32,000 nt of DNA from Mycolicibacter heraklionensis (lineage in GTDB: Bacteria > Actinomycetota > Actinomycetes > Mycobacteriales > Mycobacteriaceae). The stretch spans positions 1,460,880-1,492,879 of the forward strand of contig NZ_CP080997.1 in NCBI RefSeq assembly GCF_019645815.1. Direction: 5' to 3'. The position numbers and the translations under genes are program-made. Positions 1 to 8,067 of the stretch are shown here, piece after piece; positions within the stretch are counted from its first letter, which is position 1; every line of letters begins with the position of its first letter. Below the pieces are notes generated by a model. The model searched no databases. It saw nothing but the letters and a program-made list of their open reading frames with translations, and was not told where the DNA came from.

Positions 1-176
1 AGCAATTCCAGCAATTGGACATCGGCCAACGACAGTTGATGGGTAGTGGTCAGCTGACGGTTCAGTGTCGTGTTCATGTGCAGAACCGCTGCCAGATAGT
101 TCTGCCAGGACTTCTGCTCGGCGAGGCTCAATTCTGTTGCAGTACCGTCGATTGGACCAGAGATGAAGCCGTCCAT
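1..176 (-). CDS. MarR-family transcriptional regulator, N-terminal part (gene runs off the left window edge)
   Basis: Reverse translation from ATG 176..174 reads MDGFISGPIDGTATELSLAEQKSWQNYLAAVLHMNTTLNRQLTTTHQLSLADVQLLELL. This is colinear with the N-termini of the other MarR paralogs here (AEQRSWQNFL...HQLTLADV). It is absent from the ORF track because it is truncated by the edge. Confidence 0.6.
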   Translation of the reverse strand, partial: MDGFISGPIDGTATELSLAEQKSWQNYLAAVLHMNTTLNRQLTTTHQLSLADVQLLEL

Positions 177-380
177 GCGGCGATACTACGCGGCAGCTCG
201 CTCCATGAATAGCGACAGTTTGAAACACTTTTCGTACGGGTAAAAAGTGCGAATCACTAAGTAGTGCAACACTTGCTGTGTAGGTGCTGTCAGTCACCTG
301 CATGATCTAGGTGAAATGAAGTGATCGAGTTCCCTTGGCGCTCAATTGAGTAAGTCGTCTTATGGTCGGCGATTCAGGCA

Positions 381-896
381 TCACGCACGTCGAGATTCCC
401 GCTTACCCTCGCCCGCCAGCTCCCGCAGCTCCGCAACCGCCTGCGTCGCCGTTGGCGCACTCTCGGGATCGATCAGCGACTGAATCATCATGCCCAGCAC
501 CACTGCCAGCGCCACCGAGCCGCCCAGCTCCTCGCGAGCACGCTCCTGGCCTTCGGCCAGGCGCGCGCGCAGTTCGTCGTTGCGTTGGGCTTGCACGATC
601 GCTTCCAGGTGCGAGGTCCACAGTGCTTTGTCGGTGGTGAAGGACTCCAGCACCGCCTGCCATCGCTCCACCGCCGTGGCCGCCGGCTGCCCGTCGGGGG
701 ACATGCGGGCATCGAGTTCGTCGAGCTCTTCGAAGAGGGCCTGCACCAGGAGGCGTTCGCGGCTGCCGAAGTGATAGCCGATGGCGGCATGGCTGACGCC
801 GGCCGCCGCGGCGATGTCGCGCACCGTGGTGTTCGCCCAGCCTCGTTCGACGAGGCAGCGCTTGGCGCCCTCCAGCAGATCCTCACGGTTGCCCAT
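381..896 (-). CDS. TetR/AcrR-family transcriptional regulator (copy 1)
   Basis: 171-aa ORF. The N-terminal HTH TTVRDIAAAAGVSHAAIGYHFGSRERLL is typical of TetR. It is divergent from the monooxygenase gene, with a repeat-containing intergenic region between them. Confidence 0.9.
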   Translation of the reverse strand: MGNREDLLEGAKRCLVERGWANTTVRDIAAAAGVSHAAIGYHFGSRERLLVQALFEELDELDARMSPDGQPAATAVERWQAVLESFTTDKALWTSHLEAIVQAQRNDELRARLAEGQERAREELGGSVALAVVLGMMIQSLIDPESAPTATQAVAELRELAGEGKRESRRA

Positions 897-932
897 GAAG
901 GCAGGTTAGCCAGGACGGGAGCGGTTGCACAA

Positions 933-958
933 ATGGATTGACCATATGGATTGACCAT
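933..958. promoter_or_regulatory. Candidate TetR operator: tandem 13-mer ATGGATTGACCAT x2 in the divergent intergenic region
   Basis: The sequence reads caaATGGATTGACCATATGGATTGACCATttg. Outer arms caaatgg/ccatttg and the central ccatatgg are palindromic. It lies between the TetR start (896) and the monooxygenase start (1035). Confidence 0.45.
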
Positions 959-1034
959 TTGGACAAATCGGGAGTACGGTACTGACACCAACGGATCCCG
1001 CCGGGGGTTCCGCAGAGAGCAGGAGGTGCCGGTT

Positions 1035-2204
1035 ATGGCGCACGAAGTCGTCGAGCGCGTCGAGAAGATCGCCGCCCAGCTGGCGGGCACCGCCGAAGAC
1101 AGCGAACGCCTGGGCAAGCTCTCCGATCAGTCGGTGGCGCTGATTCGCGAAGCCGGCGTGATGCGGATGCTGCAGCCGACGGACTTCGGCGGTTACGCCG
1201 CCCACCCGCGCGACTTCGCCGAGGCGGTCATGGCGGTGGCCAAGCACTGCGGCTCCACCGGCTGGGTGTGCGGCGTCGGGGGAGTGCACCCCTGGGAGAT
1301 GGCGCTGATGGACCGCCGGCTGCAAGCCGAGATCTGGGCCGAGAATCCCGACACCTGGATCGCGTCCCCCTATGCCGCACAAGGCGTCGCGACTCCGGTC
1401 GAGGGCGGCTATCGGTTGACCGGGCGGTGGAACTTCTCCTCGGGCACCGATCACTGCGACTGGATCTTCCTCGGTGCGCGCGTCGCGGAGACCATGCCGC
1501 CCAAGGTCTTACACGTCGTCTTGCCGCGCGCCGACTACACCATCGTCGAGGACTCCTGGGACGTCATCGGCCTGTCGGGAACCGGCAGCAAGGACATCAT
1601 CGTCGACGGCGCCTTCATCCCGGACTACCGCACCATCGACTTCGAGCACGTCGCCTCCGGCGCCAGCGCCGCTGAAGCGGCCGGGCGCGATGAGACGGTC
1701 TACAAGCTGCCGTTCTGGGCCATGTTCCCGCTCGGGATCACCAGCGCACTCATCGGAATCACCGAGGGCGCACTGGCGGCGCACCTGGACTATCAGCGTG
1801 ACCGGGTGGCCGCCACCGGCACCAAGATCAAAGACGACCCGTACGTCCTCTACGCGATCTCCGAAGCGGCCGCGGAGATCGCCGCCTCGCGCGTGCAACT
1901 CCTGGACGGCATCAGCAGGATGTACGACCTGGCCGACGCCGGTAAGGAGATCAGCTTCGAGGATCGCTCGCTGGTGCGGCGCAACCAGATTCGCTGCGCT
2001 TGGCGGGCCGTTTCTGCCGCGGACGCGATTTTCGCCCGCTCCGGGGGCAATGCCGCGCGCCGCAACAACCCGCTGCAGCGGTTCTGGCGCGACGCCCACG
2101 TCGGGCTGGGCCACGCCATCCAGACCCCGGGGACCATCTATCACTCCAGTGCCTTGACGGTCATGGGGGTGGAACCGGCGCCGGCGTTGCGAGCGATGAT
2201 CTGA
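1035..2204 (+). CDS. Acyl-CoA-dehydrogenase-fold flavin-dependent monooxygenase, oxygenase component (HsaA-like), copy 1
   Basis: The ORF is 951..2204. I prefer ATG 1035 because AGGAGG at 1021-1026 precedes it. Motifs CGSTGWV, GGVHPW, GGYRLTGRWNFSSGTDHCDW and NPLQRFWRDAH align with my recollection of mycobacterial HsaA. No partner reductase gene is adjacent. Confidence 0.85.
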   Translation: MAHEVVERVEKIAAQLAGTAEDSERLGKLSDQSVALIREAGVMRMLQPTDFGGYAAHPRDFAEAVMAVAKHCGSTGWVCGVGGVHPWEMALMDRRLQAEIWAENPDTWIASPYAAQGVATPVEGGYRLTGRWNFSSGTDHCDWIFLGARVAETMPPKVLHVVLPRADYTIVEDSWDVIGLSGTGSKDIIVDGAFIPDYRTIDFEHVASGASAAEAAGRDETVYKLPFWAMFPLGITSALIGITEGALAAHLDYQRDRVAATGTKIKDDPYVLYAISEAAAEIAASRVQLLDGISRMYDLADAGKEISFEDRSLVRRNQIRCAWRAVSAADAIFARSGGNAARRNNPLQRFWRDAHVGLGHAIQTPGTIYHSSALTVMGVEPAPALRAMI

Positions 2205-2226
2205 CGCCGGCTCCGGTAACGCTGAT

Positions 2227-2276
2227 ATTGCAGTGAGGGTCGTGGTTCTTGGGGAACCCACGACCCTCACTGCAAT
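2227..2276. repeat. Perfect 19-bp inverted repeat (attgcagtgagggtcgtgg / ccacgaccctcactgcaat) with a 12-nt loop
   Basis: Read directly: arms 2227-2245 and 2258-2276, loop ttcttggggaac. It lies 22 nt after the monooxygenase stop. No T-tract follows. Confidence 0.8.
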
Positions 2277-2383
2277 TCGAACCCACTCGGCTTGCGCCGC
2301 CGACAGGGGCACCGCCTGATGAAGCGTCTCCGGTTTGGGTCCCCGGATTCTCTGGGGGACCCAGGACTTCGGATGACAGCGGG

Positions 2384-2419
2384 TATAGCTAACTTTAGGT
2401 ATATAAAACTATAATAATC
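2384..2419 (+). promoter_or_regulatory. Conserved AT-rich promoter block upstream of Fic, with -10 TATAAT at 2410-2415
   Basis: tatagctaactttaggtatataaaactataataatc is conserved at 19239-19275, where the -10 is TATACT at 19265-19270. The -10 sits exactly 41 nt upstream of the Fic ATG in both copies. It is a strong AT island in GC-rich DNA. Confidence 0.4.
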
Positions 2420-2455
2420 ATGTTGTTGGTGTTCGTTAGGCGAGAAGGGTTCGCT

Positions 2456-3640
2456 ATGGCATGGCCTGCGCATCAAGCCGAACAGCGTCCGTGGGCGCCT
2501 CGTACGCGCCAGGGTAACCGTGACGACCGCATGCTCAAGCAGATCGAAGTGGCGTTACCGCCAACGATCGGCAATCTGAGCTATGACCCTGTGGGTGCAG
2601 TGGCGCGCGCGCATGAGGCTGCCCTGGTTGCTGTCGCTCGCCTCGAAGCCGGGTTCGGCCAGCACCTCGCGCCCTTAGCGGATTTCTTGCTGCGGAGCGA
2701 GTCTGTGGCGTCATCCAAGATTGAGCACATCGATGCTGGATGGCGTGCATTCGGCAAAGCCTTCGCAGGTGGAAACGCCAGCGCGGAGGCAGAATCCCAA
2801 CTAGCTGCAGTTCGGGCGTTGATGCAACTTGTTGACGCGGCCGACACCGGTCCACTTACCCTCGAAGCGGTCCTCGAAACCCATCGACTACTGATGGCAC
2901 CTGACCCTTACGCCGACAGCCCCGGGCAGCTGCGCAACGTCCAGAACTGGATCGGTGGCAGCGACTACACACCTATCGGTGCGCTGTACATACCGCCACC
3001 ACCCGAGTTAGTGCCTTCTCTTGTGGAAGACCTGCTGGTCTTCGCCAATCGCACAGATCTGCCGATTGTCGCGCAGGCCGCGATCGCCCACGCCCAGTTC
3101 GAATCGATCCACCCGTTCACCGACGGCAACGGTCGCATCGGTCGTGCACTGATCAGTGCCATCCTCCGCCGACATGGGCTCACCCAACGGGTTACGGTGC
3201 CGCTGGCATCGGTCATGCTGGCCAATACTGATGACTATTTCGCGCGGCTCACCAACTACCGCCGCGGTGACGCCAACCAGTTTGTCGGCTACCTCGCTGA
3301 GGCTGCGGTACATGCGAGCAACGCCTCGGAAGAATCGGCAGTCCATCTCGCCGAACTGCCCGACCACTGGCGGTCAGTTGCGCGCCCGCGGTCGGGCTCT
3401 GCAGACGAGACCCTCATCGAGAGCCTCTTGGACGTCCCGATCTTCAATGCCGACACCGCGCAACAGATCACGGGAACAACAGATGCCAGCACATACAGGG
3501 CGCTCGGACGGCTGACAGAGGTCGGCATCCTTGAAATATTGTCAACGGGCGCGCGCAACCGTGTCTGGGCTGCCGCTGACGTGTTGACCGAGCTTGATGC
3601 ACTCAGTGATGCGATCGGTCGGCGGGTCCGCCGCGGATAG
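2456..3640 (+). CDS. Fic/DOC-family protein (probable AMPylase) with C-terminal winged-helix-like region, copy 1
   Basis: The Fic active-site motif HPFTDGNGRIGRAL lies at 3110-3151. An N-terminal inhibitory-helix-like SSKIEHI lies at 2711-2731. I chose ATG 2456 (RBS gaaggg, same position as copy 2), which gives 394 aa as in copy 2. Confidence 0.9.
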   Translation: MAWPAHQAEQRPWAPRTRQGNRDDRMLKQIEVALPPTIGNLSYDPVGAVARAHEAALVAVARLEAGFGQHLAPLADFLLRSESVASSKIEHIDAGWRAFGKAFAGGNASAEAESQLAAVRALMQLVDAADTGPLTLEAVLETHRLLMAPDPYADSPGQLRNVQNWIGGSDYTPIGALYIPPPPELVPSLVEDLLVFANRTDLPIVAQAAIAHAQFESIHPFTDGNGRIGRALISAILRRHGLTQRVTVPLASVMLANTDDYFARLTNYRRGDANQFVGYLAEAAVHASNASEESAVHLAELPDHWRSVARPRSGSADETLIESLLDVPIFNADTAQQITGTTDASTYRALGRLTEVGILEILSTGARNRVWAAADVLTELDALSDAIGRRVRRG

Positions 3641-3726
3641 GGGCTTCCGATCGGCCATTCAGCCGTTGATCGGGTGTAGACGACTCACAGAGACCGAGTC
3701 GCGCACTCCTGGTGCACGTTTGAGCT

Positions 3727-4010
3727 CCTAGCAGGCGTTGGGCTTGCACGGTCGCTTCTAGATGCGAGGTCCACAGGGCCTTGTCGGTGGTGGTATCGCC
3801 TGCCATCCGTCCACAGCCGTCGTGGGCCGTCCCTCGGGGGACAAGCGTGCGTCGAGTTCGTCGAGCTCTTCGAAGAGGGCCTGTACGAGCAGGCGTTCGC
3901 GGCTGCCGAAGTGATAGCCGATGGCGGCGTTGCTTGACGCGGGCCGTCGCAGCGATGTGACGGAATCGACGCCCGCGGTGTACAGCAACTGGTGACACGA
4001 CACGAGGTTT
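3727..4010 (-). pseudogene. TetR-family relic (third, degraded copy of the cassette regulator)
   Basis: Nucleotide homology to 578-870 of copy 1. Fragments AAIGYHFGSRERLLVQALFEELDELDARLSP and TTDKALWTSHLEATVQAQ lie in two different frames. There is an internal deletion and the C-terminal third is missing. Confidence 0.75.
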
Positions 4011-4199
4011 TCATTCTGAACCAACTAGTTCTAGTTGGAAGTGTTCTGTTGGGAGCCAGAGTATCTCGCTGACCAGAGCAATCCGGACGAACCAGACGTC
4101 GCTGAACGTCATTCTCGCCGGGACGAATCCGCGAGAAATACTGAGCATCCCTGAATTTTTGCAGCGCGGGCGACCCAGTCTCAGCTAGCGTCGCGCGCC

Positions 4200-4721
4200 G
4201 TGGACGCAATACACGAACTCCAACCCGTGCTGCCGTTACCTGGGTTCGACGGGATCGAGCAGCGTGCCTGGCAACAATTTCTGAGCTGCTCGCTCAATGT
4301 GCTGGCAGGGCTTAACGAGTCGTTGATGGACGCCCACAACATTTCCATTCGCGACGTGCTGCTGCTGGAGCTGCTCAACAGGCCGGATCGCCGGAACCAT
4401 CGGCTCTGTGCCCTGGCTCGGGCACTGTGGATATCGCAGGGGCAGTTGAACACCCAGATCCGCCGACTAGAAGGGCTGGGCTGGATCACGCGTAGTCCGA
4501 ACCGGCGCGATGCGCGCGGCATGTTGCCGCGGATCACCAGTGAGGGTCACATGCATCTGAACGCAGTGCTGGAAACCTATGCGCGGGAGGTCCGCGTGCA
4601 ATACCTGGACTACCTTCAGCACGAGCACATGGTCAGCCTGGTCGACGGCTGCAGGCGGATCAATGCTTCGCTCAACGTTTCCCGGCTGAAAGGCCCTCCT
4701 CAGCGGCGCGCCCGCGGGTGA
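4200..4721 (+). CDS. MarR-family transcriptional regulator
   Basis: 173-aa ORF. Its N-terminus LPGFDGIEQRAWQQFL and winged-helix part ISQGQLNTQIRRLEGLGWITRSPNRRDARG match the paralog family in this window. Confidence 0.8.
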   Translation: MDAIHELQPVLPLPGFDGIEQRAWQQFLSCSLNVLAGLNESLMDAHNISIRDVLLLELLNRPDRRNHRLCALARALWISQGQLNTQIRRLEGLGWITRSPNRRDARGMLPRITSEGHMHLNAVLETYAREVRVQYLDYLQHEHMVSLVDGCRRINASLNVSRLKGPPQRRARG

Positions 4722-6328
4722 GTCGGCACCGGGCAGCGTAATCAGCTGGATTCAATAGGGCGCCAAAGGCGTTCCGGCGGCTAGGCGATCGCGACCATAG
4801 CGCCGTCTCTGAGTAGTTGTTTGACCCGTCCGGTGGCGGTGGGAGTGCAGCATGTCCGACGGTTGCGAAGACGTCGACGAGCGCTTTACCGGCCGAACAG
4901 CTACGCCGCCACCGGCTCCGATGACAGGCAAGAGGAAGTCGACTGATGCCGGCGTAAGGCGACGAATCGGGGTCCGAAGCACATCCAGAGCCTGGTAGCT
5001 ACGGCCCCTTTAGTGCCATGTGGAGGGCGTTTGGTCCGACCAGATTTCTGAGGCGCACATACAGCCCTGGCCGCGAGTGGCGAGCTTTGCGGTGACCGCT
5101 CAACCGGTGCGCGCGGAAGCCGTGTGCGTGAGGTGCCATTGCATTACAGGCAGACTCGGTAACAACGATGAGCTGCGAAATACGACGTCTTATCGCGTGG
5201 TCTGTGCGCTAAACATGGCGACTAGCTGCACAAATGCGTTGATAGCATGCGCAGTGAATGGCACTCATGACAGTATTCGGCTTTTAAGCAGGTAGTTCAC
5301 AGCAAAATTGATACCAGTGTAAAACCAATAGGAAAATGACCGGGAAACGAGCGTCGCGTACCGTCGCCGGCCGCCGCTAGTCTGGCGAATTCCTGAGTGT
5401 CGCTGAGCTTGAATTCTGTTTGCCGACGGGTCGGTCAGCGCATCGCCTGGCCCCTGTTGTCATGGATGCGATGGCCCTGGAGTCTCCGGCGGGGTAGGTA
5501 CCGGGACTCGCAGAGGTCGACGCCGAAACCGGTAGAGGTACCCGGCTGGCCGAAAGTCAATCTGCCAACATAGACACCAAACTCCTTGAGGCGTATAAGT
5601 TCACGATCTCTAACGTGTTGCTCCTATCACCTGCCGGCTCGGATGGATCGCGGGGCGCCGCGGTGATTGAGTGGGCCGACGTACCGGAGTTGACGCGAAG
5701 CCGGATGGCGACGCAGACCGAACGCCCGGGACGTGCAGATGCGCACTCGGCCTCTAGGGCCGGCGGGGCGTGCTCCGGCGTGTTAGGTGTACCGGACGCG
5801 CACAGCCCATCGGTGCATTGACGACCTAGGCGTTGGTGATTTGCGCGCATAACTCGATTTATCGCGCGCGCAGATGCACGCTCTGTTCGACACCTGCCGC
5901 GCCGTCAATGCTCCGCCGTTGGAGTGCGTGACGGGTGATTCCAAAGGAGCCTAAGGCGGCAGCCCAATCCAGTCGGTGAGCGGGGCAACTGTGACGGTTA
6001 TGGAGCATGGGTACCAGAATCCTGCGGCCGTGGCCGGTGAGGTTTGATCGAAGTGCGCCGACGGAGAGTTTGCTGGGATGACGCGGCGCCGCAGGCGTGC
6101 ACGACGAAACCGTGTTCGTCGCTCTCTGTGGGCGAACCTCCTTCGGCGGGTTTGCCAGGACCGCTCTCTGCACTATTGTCCCGTCACCCGTCGAGGGACT
6201 TGAAACGTGTTGCAATAACGATGTTATTCAGCAAACTGCAGATTTGGCTCTTTACTGCATCTGAGCACCGTGTAATACTCAAAAAACGACCATCCAGCTA
6301 TCTAGTACTTGCGAGGGAACGCGTTACG

Positions 6329-6352
6329 AAAAGCTACTCGCGAGTAGCTTTT
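6329..6352. repeat. Perfect 24-bp palindrome aaaagctactcgcgagtagctttt
   Basis: Read directly. It lies in the low-GC region about 100 bp upstream of the IS-disrupted MarR gene. GAACTAggTAGTTC at 6357-6370 follows it. Confidence 0.8.
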
Positions 6353-6453
6353 GTCGTGAACTAGGTAGTTCAGTCTGAAAATTTTCTGATACGGGATCGA
6401 GAAGTCTATGACCAGCGCAACGTCGCCGACTCGAAGATTGCCGATCGCCACCG

Positions 6454-6689
6454 TTGGGTGGTGGATTTGCGGTGACAATTGAATTTGCCAGCGTTTCCTC
6501 TCGTGCGGAGCGACCATGTTGGATACCGTCGCCCGCCGTGGAGGAGACGACTGCCGGGCCGCCGACGAATCGCTTGCCGGGGCTCGATGATGTGGAGCAG
6601 GAATGCTGGCAGGAGTTCCTGAACGCATCGGCTCGACTGGTGGACATGCTAAGCCGGCGACTTCTCGCGGAGAACCAGCTCACGCTGTG
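6454..6689 (+). pseudogene. MarR-family regulator, 5' half, interrupted by the IS element
   Basis: The translation ...LPGLDDVEQECWQEFLNASARLVDMLSRRLLAENQLTL runs straight into the IS left inverted repeat. Confidence 0.8.
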
Positions 6690-6728
6690 TGAGCCGTCCC
6701 GGTAAGTCCGGGGACTGATTTCCTTGAA

Positions 6729-7696
6729 TCACCCCGCCTTCGGTGGGGTGTGCCTGTGATCGTAGTGAAGCGCTTCGACGGCTGCGGGGGTGAAGTCGTC
6801 GAGGTAGTCGTGGGGACGTTCGGTGTTGAACCAGTCGACCCATTCGGCGGTGGCGAGTTCGACCTGGCTGACGTCGCGCCACGGGCCTTGCCGATGGATG
6901 AGCTCGTTCTTGAACGAACCGACGGTCGTCTCGGCGAGCGCGTTGTCCAGTGCGTCGCCGACCGACCCGACCGAGGGGTCCACTCCTTCGTCGATGAGCC
7001 GCTGCGTGAACGCCACCGACGTGTACTGGGCGCTTAAGCGTCGTTGTGCGCAATCAGGCCACGCAGATCGTAGTGCCCCTCTTGAGCCCGAGTGAAGAAT
7101 GCGTGCTCGAGGGCGTCAAGAACCAGCGGCGTGGTCATCGACCTCGCTGCCCTCCAGCCGAGAATGCGACGGCTGAACGCATCGATCACGAAGGCCACGT
7201 AGACAAAACCGCTCCAGGTCGCCACATACGTAAAGTCGGCTACCCACAATCGATTTGGCGTCGGAGCGCAGAAATGGCGATCGACCAGATCCGGGTAACG
7301 GGCATGGCTGTCGTCACTGATCGTGGTCTTGTGTTTGGACCCATAGCGGGCCCCCTCCCAGCCCTGGGCGCGCATGATCCGCTCCACCGTGCAACGGGCC
7401 ACATCGTGGCCCTGGCCGCGCAGCCGGATCCACATCTTGCGTGAGCCCAGGGTCTGCACGAACTTGCCGGTCTTGGCGTCGTTGCGCTGAGTGCTGATGA
7501 TCTCGACTAGCTCGGCCTCGCGCACCTGGCGGCGCGTCGGGGTCTTGTTGATCCACTCGTAGTAGGTCGACGGGCTGATCGACACCCCGTTGGCCGACAG
7601 CACCGCACACATGGGCTCGACACCCCAGCGAAGCCCGGCCCCACCATCAGAGCCGGGCACCTGGTAGTCCTTGTGCTCGGCGATAAACCGAATCAC
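6729..7696 (-). pseudogene. IS3-family transposase OrfB (DDE integrase domain), disrupted
   Basis: Frame 1 ends ...LIAHNDA followed by TAA at 7034-7036. The protein continues as ...SAQYTSVAFTQRLIDEG... in another frame. Removing 2 nt (ta, 7035-7036) restores HNDASAQYTS. Confidence 0.8.
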
Positions 7697-8016
7697 CGTT
7701 TCCCGGGCCGGTCGAGCTCGGCCCCGAAGAAAATCGCCGCTGCTTTCAAGATCTCATTGGCGCGGCGCAGTTCAGCGATCTCGCGGCGCAACGCCTTGTT
7801 CTCCTGGGCCATCGCCGAGGTCACACCGGGTCGCTGACCGGAATCGACCTGCGAGCCACGAACCCAGGTCCGCAGCGTCTCCGCAGTACCGATTCCCAAC
7901 ATGCCGGCCACCGCGGTGATTGCCGCCCACTCCGAGGGGTACTGCGGGCGGACCTCGGCCACCATCCGCACCGCGCGCTCTCGAAGCTCAGCGGGATACC
8001 TGCTTGCACGTCCCAT
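7693..8016 (-). CDS. IS3-family transposase OrfA (HTH)
   Basis: 107 aa: MGRASRYPAELRERAVRMVAEVRPQYPSEWAAITAVAGMLGIGTAETLRTWVR...LRRANEILKAAAIFFGAELDRP. This closely resembles IS6110 OrfA as I recall it. RBS gggagga precedes the ATG. Confidence 0.9.
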   Translation of the reverse strand: MGRASRYPAELRERAVRMVAEVRPQYPSEWAAITAVAGMLGIGTAETLRTWVRGSQVDSGQRPGVTSAMAQENKALRREIAELRRANEILKAAAIFFGAELDRPGKR

Positions 8017-8067
8017 AACTCGAATCCTCCCAAGATCGGGAGTCTCCGGACTTACCGGGACGGCTCA

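Larger units (their letters stand above)
415..2206. repeat. Segmental duplication, copy 1 of the TetR + monooxygenase cassette (partner 15020..16811)
   Basis: The two copies are colinear with a constant offset of 14605 nt at both ends. Similarity starts at ccagctcccgcagctccgcaaccgcc inside the TetR 3' end and stops 2 nt after the monooxygenase stop codon. Confidence 0.9.
2258..3711. repeat. Duplicated Fic unit, copy 1 (partner about 19120..20543)
   Basis: The upstream leader, the AT-rich promoter block, the whole Fic CDS (constant offset 16855) and about 70 nt of 3' flank are homologous between copies. The flanks carry indels. Confidence 0.8.
6690..8067 (-). mobile_element. IS3-family insertion sequence (IS6110-like), 1378 bp
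   Basis: Terminal inverted repeats of 27 bp match at 26/27 positions: TGAGCCGTCCCGGTAAGTCCGGGGACT at 6690-6716 and its complement at 8041-8067. OrfA and orfB overlap in the -1 frame. The ends resemble my recollection of the IS6110 IR (TGAACCGCCCCGGCATGTCCGGAGACTC). Confidence 0.9.

Noticed and set aside
2227-2276. Interpreting the 19-bp hairpin as a Rho-independent terminator
   Set aside because: No T/U tract follows on either strand. The arm homology to the copy-2 Fic unit argues for a rearrangement scar. A terminator function is not excluded, but the sequence does not support it.
403-2312. Numerous overlapping ORFs around both TetR-monooxygenase cassettes (for example 488-1117, 906-1454, 1474-2157, 1509-2312 and their copy-2 equivalents, including 15873-16889)
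   Set aside because: They overlap well-supported genes in other frames. They are conserved between copies only because the DNA is duplicated. They contain no recognisable domains.
4752-6364. ORFs in the low-GC region (4752-4982, 5020-5295, 5557-5850, 5859-6215, 6044-6364)
   Set aside because: They have no motifs, odd compositions and mutually overlapping frames. I treated the region as non-coding or decayed. The peptide VIGAGGGVAV at 4752-4982 hints at a dinucleotide-binding relic but is too weak to call.
7693-7720. A specific -1 programmed frameshift site between orfA and orfB
   Set aside because: The orfA/orfB overlap and -1 frame relationship are typical of IS3. However, I could not identify a canonical slippery heptamer such as A AAA AAG or UUUUAAAG. 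Only CCCGGGAAAC is present near the overlap.
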